NCBI GenBank assembly: GCA_000002445.1
Contig: CH464491.1
Coordinates: forward strand, 384,001-448,000
Direction: 5' to 3'
DNA from: Trypanosoma brucei
Lineage: Eukaryota
Length of the DNA stretch: 64,000 nucleotides
The notes under the pieces were generated by a model. That model ran no database searches. It was not told the DNA's origin and was given only the letters and a program-made list of their open reading frames with translations. Position numbers and translations under genes: made by a program. Below are positions 1 to 10,300 of the stretch, one piece after another (within the stretch, counting starts at the first letter, position 1; each line of letters starts with the position of its first letter).

Positions 1-752
1 AGAGATACGAATGTTTTTGACATTATGATAATATGAGATAACAAAAGAAAATAATAATCAGTAAAGGCAATAAAGGCAGTGATGCGTGCTGGTGGTTTGT
101 GAAGGATGCGGCGTACACCGGTGTTCCTGTTTTTTTTTTTCCTGTTTCAACATTGACACACCCGCACTGTTGTAATAGGAAATATAGATTTCTCTCGTAA
201 ATATGACCAAACCATGTAAACGCATACACCCACATGTATATATTCTAAGTGAGGAACACTTTAATCGCTAAAGAGAATAAAACAACGGAAGAAAGAAAGA
301 AAGATGGGGGAGAAAAGATAAATTGTGGTGACTACCTGAACGCAGCGAATTATATTTTATTTATTTATTTCTGATTATAATAAATTACCTTTATTATTCT
401 TATTTCTTGAGGAGGTGGCACCCCTCTCATGTGGCGAGTGAGGTAGAAAAGGAGGAGCAGACTGATATACATATATATATTTATTTAAAAAGGGACAAAT
501 GCAGCGGGTATGGGGAAAAGGAAAAGCAACCTAAGCTGAAGAAAAGAAAAAGGTAAGGGAAACTTGATTGTTGAAGCGCGGTAAGGGGACACATTCAAGC
601 ATTGATGAGTATCTTTGTGCACTTAGTAGCCATGTATCTCATCGTATATTTACACGATTCGCCACATACTTATATGCACACACTTGAAGATGACCTAACT
701 TACTGCCTTGTAGTATTTCAACACTCTTAACGGCCGCTGTCTCTTCTGCTCA

Positions 753-830
753 TGCACGTTCATGTTCTTTCGTCTCTTACTTTTGTTGTTTTTTTTTTCA
801 TTTTGGCTTCAAACGTTCCTCAATATTAAC
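753..830 (+). promoter_or_regulatory. Polypyrimidine tract plus downstream AG upstream of MCU: candidate trans-splice acceptor region.
   Basis: A T/C-rich run (…cttttgttgttttttttttcattttggcttcaaacgttcctc…) is followed by AG dinucleotides at 839-840 and 853-854, immediately before the first ATG at 869. Confidence 0.45.
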
Positions 831-868
831 TATTCGTGGTAGCTTTGCCAACAGACGGGTTTTTAAAT

Positions 869-1792
869 ATGTGGAGGCCTTATACTTTGTTTGTTGTGCC
901 CATGCGATTCGGGAGTCCGCTTCAGTTGAGGTCGCTATTTGTTTCCCGCATGCCTGGTCGTTTTGACGCCTTTTTGACACGGCGATTTGTTTCAACAGCA
1001 ACACCCGGAGGGCAGCCGATTTGTAGTGACTCTCATAATTCTGCAGCATGTCTTACGGCTGAGGAGTTCTCCAACATCGTCCCCATGTTTTTGTTGGGTC
1101 AAGCGCTACGTCAACACACTTCTAATGAGGAAAATCGTGCAGGCGCAGGTGAGTTTGTCATTACCCGCGAGGTATTCAACCGCTACTGTAGCGAAAGCCA
1201 CGTGGAAGACACGGACAAAGCTCTTCAACTCCTCTGCGAAAGCGGTGTCGTCGTTTCTATTTCTGATGGAGCGGCGGTTCATCTTCGACCGGTGCAGTTC
1301 CTTCAAATGCACAATGACGCCGCTGATGCGAGTGATGCGAAGGTGAAGACACCGTTTGAAGATTATATCCGGGCAGCACAAAACCGTTTAGCGGATGCGG
1401 AAGCGGAAGAAATGGCGATGCGGGTTGCGCTTCAACCTGCTATTGATAATGCAGCGAAGCGGCGGCGACTCTTGTGGTCGGGTGCCCTCTGCCTTATGGC
1501 GGTCCAACTTGCAGTGATCTCACGGCTAACATTTGTTGACCTTGACTGGGATATCATGGAACCTGTGTCATATTTTCTGGGCAGTGGTACATCGATCCTG
1601 TTTCTTATTTATCTTCTCAGGAATGGGCGGGTGAAGAGCTACAAGGAATATGAAGAGAAGGCAGCGGCGTCGCGTGTTCGGCTGCACGCTCCGGCAGACT
1701 TCGAGTGGAGGAAATACGATGCAGTGGTGAGACGAGTGGAGGTGGAGAAGAACATGGTGGAGCAAATGCGGAAGTGGTTTAAACATCACTGA
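869..1792 (+). CDS. MCU: Mitochondrial calcium uniporter (MCU family pore subunit), 307 aa from the first in-frame ATG.
   Basis: Translation contains the MCU hallmark WDIMEP selectivity-filter motif between two predicted TM helices (…LTFVDLDWDIMEPVSYFLGSGTSILFLIYLL). A coiled-coil region precedes TM1. The N-terminus from the ATGs at 869/902 is a basic, Arg-rich presequence-like segment (MRFGSPLQLRSLFVSRMPGRF). The track ORF starts at 836 with GTG, so the first ATG (869) was chosen; 902 is an alternative start. Confidence 0.8.
   Translation: MWRPYTLFVVPMRFGSPLQLRSLFVSRMPGRFDAFLTRRFVSTATPGGQPICSDSHNSAACLTAEEFSNIVPMFLLGQALRQHTSNEENRAGAGEFVITREVFNRYCSESHVEDTDKALQLLCESGVVVSISDGAAVHLRPVQFLQMHNDAADASDAKVKTPFEDYIRAAQNRLADAEAEEMAMRVALQPAIDNAAKRRRLLWSGALCLMAVQLAVISRLTFVDLDWDIMEPVSYFLGSGTSILFLIYLLRNGRVKSYKEYEEKAAASRVRLHAPADFEWRKYDAVVRRVEVEKNMVEQMRKWFKHH
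1547..1564 (+). other. WDIMEP selectivity-filter motif of MCU.
   Basis: In-frame codons tgg gat atc atg gaa cct within the 869..1792 CDS. Confidence 0.8.
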
Positions 1793-3192
1793 TATTATTC
1801 ATAGTGTTGTATGGACCTTTTTCTGGAGTTGTTTATTATCTTCTTTCCATACGTTTTCTTGTTTGTCGATGGCGCCAAAGAAGGGGAATGGGAGACATGT
1901 TTAGTTGTTGTTTTTTTTTTTTTACATTGAGCAGGAAGATCAATCCTTCGTTTTTATCCTTTGAAGGGGGAAAGTGCTTTTGAAACACTTTGGTGTCCAT
2001 TATCTTTTTTGGTGCTTTTCGTGTGCGTTAGTGTGAGGAGATGCAGGAAGTTCACTGATGTTTTGTTGGTTGAATCGGTTGATTTTGCCGTTGTCTTCTT
2101 GTGAGTTGAAAACTTGAATTACCTTCTTGTTATTCATTTCTTTATTTCTACTTCCGCCTTGTGTGAGGCTGTCACATAATATATATGCATATCAGTGGTG
2201 TTGCAACCAGGAGGTAGAGGAGAGAATACTGCCCTTTGTATTCTAAGTGTTGGGCCGTTAATGAGTGACGCAACGCGTAATAAAGTTATGGCTTTTTGTT
2301 TGTTTTCATTGTTTCCTTCCCTTTTGACCATTTTGCTGCTATCCTTTTTGGTGACGACTGATATGCCATTCGGCTTGCAGTTGACTTTTGTAAGGTAATT
2401 CTCTTCGTTCGAGCAATCCCCTTAACATATATATATATATATTGATACTCATAAACTGTTGTTTACGCTACTCTGCCGTTCTCATTTTTCTCCTATAACT
2501 ATTTTTAAAAAAATTACTTACTTTGTTCCCATTTGTTTGCTCTGATTTCCCCATTGTTGAGAAAAAAAAAGAAAAAGGGGAAGAAAAGAAACCTAACGGC
2601 AGGTTGTGTTTATTTTCCCTTCTTTCTTCTGTCATAGCCGCAAGCAATTTAAAGCTCCGAATCACGCAAATAACTATTGTATTAACAAGACGGAAACAAC
2701 AGTACCCAAATTTTTTCCCTTTCATTTGTAGTAAAAAAAAAATACATTTGTATTTTTTTGTTTTTTTTTGCTTTTTTGCCGGTACTTTTTGTTCCGCCTC
2801 CGTTAGAAACAACTCCGGAGGGAAGAGAAAAAGGGAAACTCCCGCAAGGGAATACGAACAAACTAGCAGAGGGGAGATTTAGAAGAAGGAAAGGACAAAG
2901 ACGGAAGTGTAACTATAAAGAGTGAAGAAGGAGCGTAGGCGGGATTATTTTATTTTATTTTTTTCCATAAATCCCTTGCCCTGTCGGACCAGAAAGAAAA
3001 TACATAAAATCAATTGATAGTCAATAAACTTTAAAAAAAACAAAGAAAAGGGTACCAATAAGTGGAAACAGAAGTGGCGGATACCCTCCCCTACGAATAT
3101 ATCCAATCCTTGCAGTGGTTCCAGCGAATTGATCAATCAAAGCAGAAAGGGACGAAGTAAAACCGTTGTGTTCACAAGGTGGTAGCCTACAG

Positions 3193-4899
3193 ATGACGAT
3201 GTCGGACACAAGTGCAACATACAGTCTCCACAACCACTACGGGAGGATTAATAATGTATGCACCATTAGCCCACAGGCGTCACCCAGCCCATCAGCATTA
3301 CCTCAAACCGTCGAGGAGCACTTTGATGCAGAGGCTTTACTTAAAGAACAGAGACATCTCTTGGAGAGTTCCCCTGCAGCCGAAATTCGTGCCTCACCAT
3401 TTCTTCGATTTCGGTTGAACGCCCAACAGAAGTTCACAATGCAGCACAATCAATACCTGGAGCGATGTGCGCAGAGGGAAGCCTCAGACAGGAACCCGCA
3501 CCCACTCACAGCATCTGCAACTGGTCTAAGGGAACAGTTTACACAACATTTGGGTCGTCAAAGCATTAGTCAAGGACAAAACCAAAGCTATCAAGATGGG
3601 GAAGGGTTGTGTTGTTCCGGCTGTCAAAATCGTTTTGTGGATGCCATTGCTTTGAACAGACACAAGTCCACTTGTAGCGAATATGCTGCACTGGTGTTAC
3701 AACGCCGTGGAAGCGAAAAACTACATTACACAGCCCGCTGCTTTTCTACTAGGGAAACTGCTGTTACGCCGAGCAACACAGATATACGTCCCATACTCAG
3801 TATTCGAGAACGCGCCGAGGATCCTCAACCGATACCAGATGTGCTCACAGCACGTGGCGGACACTTTTCGTATCGCAACCAACTTTCCACTCACGGAGGT
3901 TATCAGGGAAATGAGGGAGAGAATGCCGCTGCAGTCGCTGTGTTTTCACCTAAGGCGGGAAGTGGAAGTTTGAGCCGCTCTCTTCCAACCCCAACATCTT
4001 TGCGTGAGGATATGCATAGCGAATTTGAGGCGCGAGACACAAAACACAACATCCGTGCTCGCACCCAGTCGCAGGAGTTAACTCCGCCGACACCAACCTC
4101 CACATGGCACCAGCCGTCTACTTCACTCAGGGTTACTTCAATCGATGAGGTTCCAGCCTCTGTGGCTGCTAGGCAGAGTGTAGATGCAACGATGCCCACA
4201 ACTCCTCTCGGCTACCAATTGGGTGAACGATTTGATGTGGATATTTCGGTAGACAAAAGCAGCTTTGGTGCAGGGACATTCCAAGGCATGGTGTCGTATT
4301 CCCACCTTGGAGGTGGTGTAGATAGCTTAAGAGAGTCCTCTGAGCCTCCTGACGAGCCACTTAAACCGTGTCCCAGCTGCGGTCGTCAGTTTTTCGCCTA
4401 CTCACGGTGGCCCCGGCATGTGGCTGTTTGTGACAACAAACGTCAGCAAATAAACTCTAGAGGTGGTGGCTCGGTTTCCTCCATCTCCTCGTTTCGTTTC
4501 CCATCAGGAAACGCCAACCGCCTCCCGCAAACTGCCCTGGAAAAGTCGACGGAATTAGGCGGTACCACCACCACTACCACTACTACTACTACTGCCACTA
4601 AACTGACACGCACAAACACTTCAGAGAAGAGAAAGAGCCTTGGAGCCAGTTACGTGGAACCTAGTATTGAGAGGAGACCACTGAGTGCGTCAAACCGAGG
4701 TAGGGACGCTATGGAAGGACCGAATTTTGTGCGGACGTCGACGTATAGCAGTGAAACTTTTGCAGAGGAAGATGGCCAAGTTGTTGATGATCGCGTACCG
4801 TGTCCTTCATGCGGGCGTCGTTTCGCCACCCATGTGGCCGAAAGGCATATTCCCCACTGTCGTGAACGCAGCGAAGGGAACCCACCAATACGGTTGTAA
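3193..4899 (+). CDS. Zinc-finger protein with three zf-C2HC_2-type fingers (ZC2HC1/FAM164-like); contains a poly-Thr tract.
   Basis: Three motifs fit C-x2-C-G-R-x-F-x(7-9)-H-x(3-4)-C: CSGCQNRFVDAIALNRHKSTC, CPSCGRQFFAYSRWPRHVAVC, CPSCGRRFATHVAERHIPHC. The long ORF is otherwise low-complexity and Ser/Thr/Pro-rich. The track ORF begins with TTG at 3166; the first ATG is at 3193. Confidence 0.6.
   Translation: MTMSDTSATYSLHNHYGRINNVCTISPQASPSPSALPQTVEEHFDAEALLKEQRHLLESSPAAEIRASPFLRFRLNAQQKFTMQHNQYLERCAQREASDRNPHPLTASATGLREQFTQHLGRQSISQGQNQSYQDGEGLCCSGCQNRFVDAIALNRHKSTCSEYAALVLQRRGSEKLHYTARCFSTRETAVTPSNTDIRPILSIRERAEDPQPIPDVLTARGGHFSYRNQLSTHGGYQGNEGENAAAVAVFSPKAGSGSLSRSLPTPTSLREDMHSEFEARDTKHNIRARTQSQELTPPTPTSTWHQPSTSLRVTSIDEVPASVAARQSVDATMPTTPLGYQLGERFDVDISVDKSSFGAGTFQGMVSYSHLGGGVDSLRESSEPPDEPLKPCPSCGRQFFAYSRWPRHVAVCDNKRQQINSRGGGSVSSISSFRFPSGNANRLPQTALEKSTELGGTTTTTTTTTTATKLTRTNTSEKRKSLGASYVEPSIERRPLSASNRGRDAMEGPNFVRTSTYSSETFAEEDGQVVDDRVPCPSCGRRFATHVAERHIPHCRERSEGNPPIRL
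4564..4599 (+). repeat. In-frame (ACC/ACT)n trinucleotide microsatellite encoding Thr10-Ala-Thr.
   Basis: acc acc acc act acc act act act act act gcc act, which gives GGTTTTTTTTTTATK in the protein. Confidence 0.85.
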
Positions 4900-5241
4900 A
4901 GTGTCTTGATATTATCTCCTCTTTTCTAATAACTTCTGAGGTGGCACAAACCACATATATACAAATATATGATGGTTTGTGTATGTCTGTACTTAAATTA
5001 ACTTGCGCACAATTACTCGTTGCACAAAAAAAAAAACTGCGCGTGTATGGGTGAGTGGACATCATTCTCTCCCGACTTCAATACGGGTTGGGACTCGCTA
5101 AGAGTTAGTGCGTGTTTGATAAATACGATTTGAGGTGGCGTGTGGAGCGCTCTGAGAATAGTGTCGAGGAAGCAAGAAAAAAAGAAGTATGTTCAGTGAA
5201 ATCACTTTTTTTTTTCTTGTCCCGTCGTATATAAGTGCCAA

Positions 5242-5261
5242 ACACACACACACACACACAC
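5242..5261. repeat. (AC)10 dinucleotide microsatellite.
   Basis: acacacacacacacacacac in intergenic sequence. Confidence 0.9.
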
Positions 5262-6025
5262 GAATGGTTGCGAGAAGCGCAATGCTTGTTTCCATATTTG
5301 TCGTTAAGTTTTTTTCCCCTTTGAGAAACTCATTTTTTTTTATTAATGGAAACTGTCTATGCTGCGCAATAGGGATAACTGTTCAGGGACGTATGTTTGT
5401 GATGCTGCCCGTGGGTACTGTTTTTTTTTTTAAAAAAAACTTTTTGGTGTGTTTTGTGTCTGACTGTGTGTTTAAAGGGGGAAAGGTGTTTCGAGGAGAT
5501 TTTAAAATGCAAACGGAATAATGGAGGCAGTGTATAGGTGCTTCCTGACAAATTACATTACCGCATAATAGTGTTGAAGTGGTTGCTGCTGAAACCAACA
5601 TCAAGTGCAACGTTATACTTTTAGGTGGTTTCATTGTGCTGGTAATTCTTTTTTTTTATTTATTTTACCTTCCTTTATTTCCTTCACGGTCTTCATTTTG
5701 TGTACATATGTAACTGCATCACGCACATCAGTGTTCTGTACAACGACGCGAATCCACAAATGCCTCTGGTACATGCCGTATGCTACCATTTGTATTCTTC
5801 CTACGTGTGTACTTTTTTCATTACCTTCCTTTTATTTATTTTTTTAAATTCTGAAATGTTTTTATGTGATGTGCCCATATAAATGCACCGGAACCAAAAA
5901 AAACACAAAGAATCAAGAAGAAACACAAACATTTAGCACTTTCCCACCTCGTTTTTATTCACTTACAATACACCTTGAAGTGAATAAAACTAAGGTTACT
6001 CTGTAGAGTGGGACAAAAACTTTGT

Positions 6026-6062
6026 TATATATATATATATATATATTTATTTATTTATTTAT
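6026..6062. repeat. Compound (TA)n-(TTTA)n microsatellite upstream of the glutaredoxin gene.
   Basis: tatatatatatatatatatat followed by ttatttatttatttat. Confidence 0.85.
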
Positions 6063-6109
6063 CTTGTATTTTGTCCCCAACACGTGGTATCTGACTGATC
6101 AATTACATC

Positions 6110-6397
6110 ATGCCCTCTATCGCTTCGATGATTAAAGGGAATAAAGTGGTTGTTTTCTCATGGGTCACTTGCCCCTACTGCGTCCGAGCAGAGAAGTTAC
6201 TTCACGCACGCACTAAGGATATTACCGTACATTATGTGGATAAGATGAGCGAAGGAGAACAACTGCGCGGTGAGATTTACCAAGCATACAAACACGAAAC
6301 GGTTCCCGCCATATTTATTAATGGAAATTTCATTGGCGGTTGCAGCGATTTGGAGGCCCTTGACAAAGAGGGAAAACTCGATGGTTTGCTGAGCTAA
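6110..6397 (+). CDS. Dithiol glutaredoxin (CPYC active site), 95 aa.
   Basis: Classic Grx fold signature: VVVFSWVTCPYCVRAEKLL … TVPAIFINGNFIGGCSDLEAL. Genuine ATG start, compact single-domain protein. Confidence 0.88.
   Translation: MPSIASMIKGNKVVVFSWVTCPYCVRAEKLLHARTKDITVHYVDKMSEGEQLRGEIYQAYKHETVPAIFINGNFIGGCSDLEALDKEGKLDGLLS
6170..6181 (+). other. CPYC redox active site of the glutaredoxin.
   Basis: Codons tgc ccc tac tgc in frame. Confidence 0.85.
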
Positions 6398-7340
6398 ATT
6401 TGAGACAGTGAGGAGGATTTTTTTTAAAAAAAAAGAAGAGAAAAAAGAGAAAGGGGGGATTACGTGAATATATATGCGGTTGCAACCCTCTGATTAATAT
6501 AGTGCCAAACGAGAGGTGTTTGCATATGTTGAGGGGGTAAACTACACACCCTTCCTTTATATACATCTCCTTCATCCTTCACTTGATCGCTTTCATTTTT
6601 TTTATATTTTTGTTCCTGCTTATATTAGGGGTTATAATGCATTATGCATGATGTGTTCTGCTCATTTCATACACGAGGGAAGGGAAAACGGAAACGGAAA
6701 TGCAAGAACGGGAGAGAGTAGGAGCGAGTGAACTGACATCAATTCAATCGGGGGAAGTGTTTAAAAACACCTCACCGGTATAACTTCCCCTATTGATACG
6801 TTACGCACGATGCTATTTCTGTTGTTGAATACTCGCGCTCTGAAGATCGCCTTTTAGCACATGTGCCACATTTCCCCTCGGCTCGGTCTTCTTTCTTTCT
6901 TATATGTTTGCTTCTACTCTTTTTTCTTTGTGTTTCCTCCAAATTACAACTGTTGTTAGGGGCTGCGACACGGTTTCACGGTACACATATAAAGTTATAT
7001 ACGTAGACGCCTGCGTACATTTCACAATTGGATACAGACACACAAGTTTTGTTTGAACTAAGAGGAAGTTCGGTAGTATAGATTCGAAGAAAGAAAAAGG
7101 AATACCTACGTGAGTATATTGTATAAAGGAGGAAACGGGCAAGAGCTGTTGAAGACAAATACTTCAAAGAGAGGACGTTTCCACACATACTTTTGAAAAG
7201 CGGCCGCAGTGCTGCATAAGTGCAGGAAGTAGAGTTGGAAAAAAAAAGAACAATTCCGACACCAAAACAACATTGGGTGTGTGCAAGTACGGCTCAAAAT
7301 CGCTATCACCACTTGAAACTGTGGTTTGAGTGAAAGGGAC

Positions 7341-10300
7341 ATGTTGTTAAACAATTTTATTGTTGAGGAACGTTACAGCGCATGGCAGAAGAAAAGGGTT
7401 CGAACAATCATCGTTAACAGCCGCTCACGGTTGGCTGCTCACCGCAGCATCACGGGAGCTTTGGCTATAGCGAAGCCGTACGAACGTATTGAGTTGGTGG
7501 GTGGTGAGTACTTCGAGTCGCTATTGATCAGTGCCCCTATTGAAATTGTGGCTGCGGACGGCGAGGAACCAGTTGTCTCCTCCCGTGGTTCCTGTATTAC
7601 CATCACACGAGATGTTGAGGCGTATTTTGAACAGGTAACATTTGTGTCAAAATCAAGAAGTAAACTGGAGTCCGCAGTGGCTATTCTCAACGGAAGATCC
7701 GTTTTCTTCCGCTGCAACATGAACTCTGTTCTGATAGGTGGATGGGCGCGCCCGTATATTGAAAACTGCACAATTGCTGAGAGTCACAACGGTTATGGAG
7801 TACAAATTGGTGACAGCGCGGGTGCTGACATTTGGCAATCGGCAATCCATTCACACCAAATAGCATGTATGGAGATTGATACGAGGGGTATAGTTAACGT
7901 GCGTGATAATACAATTCATCAGTCATCTAATTTGGGGAACGCTGTCGTCGTCAAGGCAATTAATAGCATCGCGGACGAAACCACTCCGCCAGAGTTCCTT
8001 GCATGCCGTCGAGTAGTAGTGACAAAATGCCGCATTTACATCAGCCCTGACTCTTATGTTCCAAAAGACCGCGACATGAGCTCACTGGAAACTCCAACGC
8101 AACCGTGTAGTTGTGTGTTGATATCACGGGGTGCGTGCCCAACATTTTCCTTCAACGAACTGACCCAAGGAAACATCGGGTTTACATTCGATGGTGCTGG
8201 TTCTGCTGTGCTAGAGGGAAATTGCATATACAAGCAGAAGATATGTGGTATTCTTGCTATTGTGGATGACACTAACTTCTCTCCAGACTCAAAATCAAGG
8301 GGTCTACGCATTACCGGAGGTAATCGAATTGACCGCTGTTACGTCGGGATAGACGTGCATTGCTCCGCAAAAGCTGCAATGGCCGCGGGAGTGAGCCAAC
8401 AAAACCTCATTCCGCTGGAACTGCCATCGAGTCGTAGGGCATTCACGTGGTTCAGGGGGAAGGATAGTGGCAAAGTTGTGGCTCCCCCTTCGGACAAGGA
8501 TAATTTTGATGATAACCACACTTTTGTAGTACATGGTCAGCCAAAAACAATGAAGCAACTGACAAATGAACTGAGAGAGTTGGCCACTATGGTGTGTGCC
8601 GGGCATATTAAGCACTTTACTTCGGCCACTGTTGCAGACACACGTTACGGCGTTGCCACGAGCCTTAACCAACTGGGAGAACTCTTGGAAGAGATGTTAA
8701 ACATCACAATTCCTCCACCTAACATTTCAGAACGTGCGGCTAAACTATTGGAGCTACGACGAACAGATGGAGTTGAGATTCGAGACACGAGGTTCTCCAG
8801 TTGTGGCCTCTGTGCTATTCGGTTCGGCAGCAGCTCCTATGGCGTAGTGGAAGATTGTAGTTTTGTTTCCTGCGGTGCAACGTGTATTGTGGTGTGTAGT
8901 GCGGCTCACCCTCTGATTATTGGATGTAGGTTTGAGCACGCAAAAGGTGTCGCCATTTACATGGACAACTTCGCCAACCCTCTTATCATGGGTAACGAAA
9001 TCATAGGAAATGCGGAGAATGGCGTGGAATGGCGAAATATTTCTCGCGGGATCTTGATGGGAAATGCCATCGTCGGAAGTACTGTCAACGGTTTGTTATT
9101 GACCGGTGGGTGCAGTGCCATTGTTGCAGCTAATTCGATTCAATGCAATAACGCAGCGGGAGTAGAGGTAGCGGAGGGGAGTAAACCGTTTATTCTTCTT
9201 AACAAATTAATAGGAAATAGGACAGCACAAATCCTTTCCTCAGGATACTCAGCACCCGTTATTGCCCATAATAGAATTACCAGCGGTAGAAACATTGGTA
9301 TACACTTTCTTTCGTGTAGCGGTGGCACCGCTTTGGATAATGCAATCGCCCAGAACGAGCGTGGTATTGTGGTAGAGTTGGGTGCAGATCCCTACGTGTA
9401 TGATAACAAAATTATGAGCTCGAACCGTTATGGAGTAGTAGTAGAAAACAATGGCCTCGGAACATTTGTGGAAAATACAATCACGCAAAGTGGGATGTGC
9501 AACATTCTCATTAAGGAGGGTGGTTGCCCGGTGTTGCGCAAGAATTCCATCAAGTTCGCCAACTCTGGTGGTTTGGTGATCGTGAACGAAGGATCCGCCA
9601 CTGTTGAATACAACACAATTTCCGGTAACCAGGTGGCTAATGTCATTTTACTGGACCGGTACACTGATCCCACACTTACAGGTAACACAATATCTGCCTC
9701 ATGTAGTGGGGGTGGTATTCTCTGCGGGCGCATGTCCAGTGGAAAATTCAGCCGCAACATCATTACGGAGAACAAGCAATATGGTATCTGTATCATCGAG
9801 AAGGCGGAGCCCGATATCACCAAGAACGTCATTATGGGAGAACAAAATGGTATCATCGTCTCTGATGAGGGGCGCGGTTCGATTCGAGAAAATTCCATTC
9901 ATTCCTGCGGCAACGCTGGTGTTCTCATACAAGCAAACGGTGATCCGTTTGTAGAAAACAACAAAATATGTCGCTCCGCGGGTTGTGGTTTGGTGGTGAC
10001 GAGTGACGGGAAGGGGAAGGTTATTGGCAACGAGTTTTTCGAAAACGATGTGGGACTGCAGTGTGGCTCCAGTGCGGGAAACACAACGCTAGATGTTGAT
10101 GAAAATTTCACAACGAAGAGCCCTGGAGCAGCCGTAGCACGGACACGTAGGTCCGCCCTGGTGAGCAAACGTTCATTTGCTGGCAAACGGCAGCATATTC
10201 AGTCAACATCTACCGCAAATCCACATGCCCTTGTGCGGTGCAACAAAATATACGGTAACACTACGTGTGGCGTGCTGTTGGAATGTGGGATCTCCGCTGT

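Noticed and set aside
836..868. ORF-track start of the MCU gene at 836, and analogous track starts at 3166, 7326, 18154, 20320, 25509, 30694 and 35145.
   Set aside because: These first codons are GTG or TTG, not ATG. Eukaryotic nuclear genes need ATG, so the starts were moved to the first in-frame ATG.
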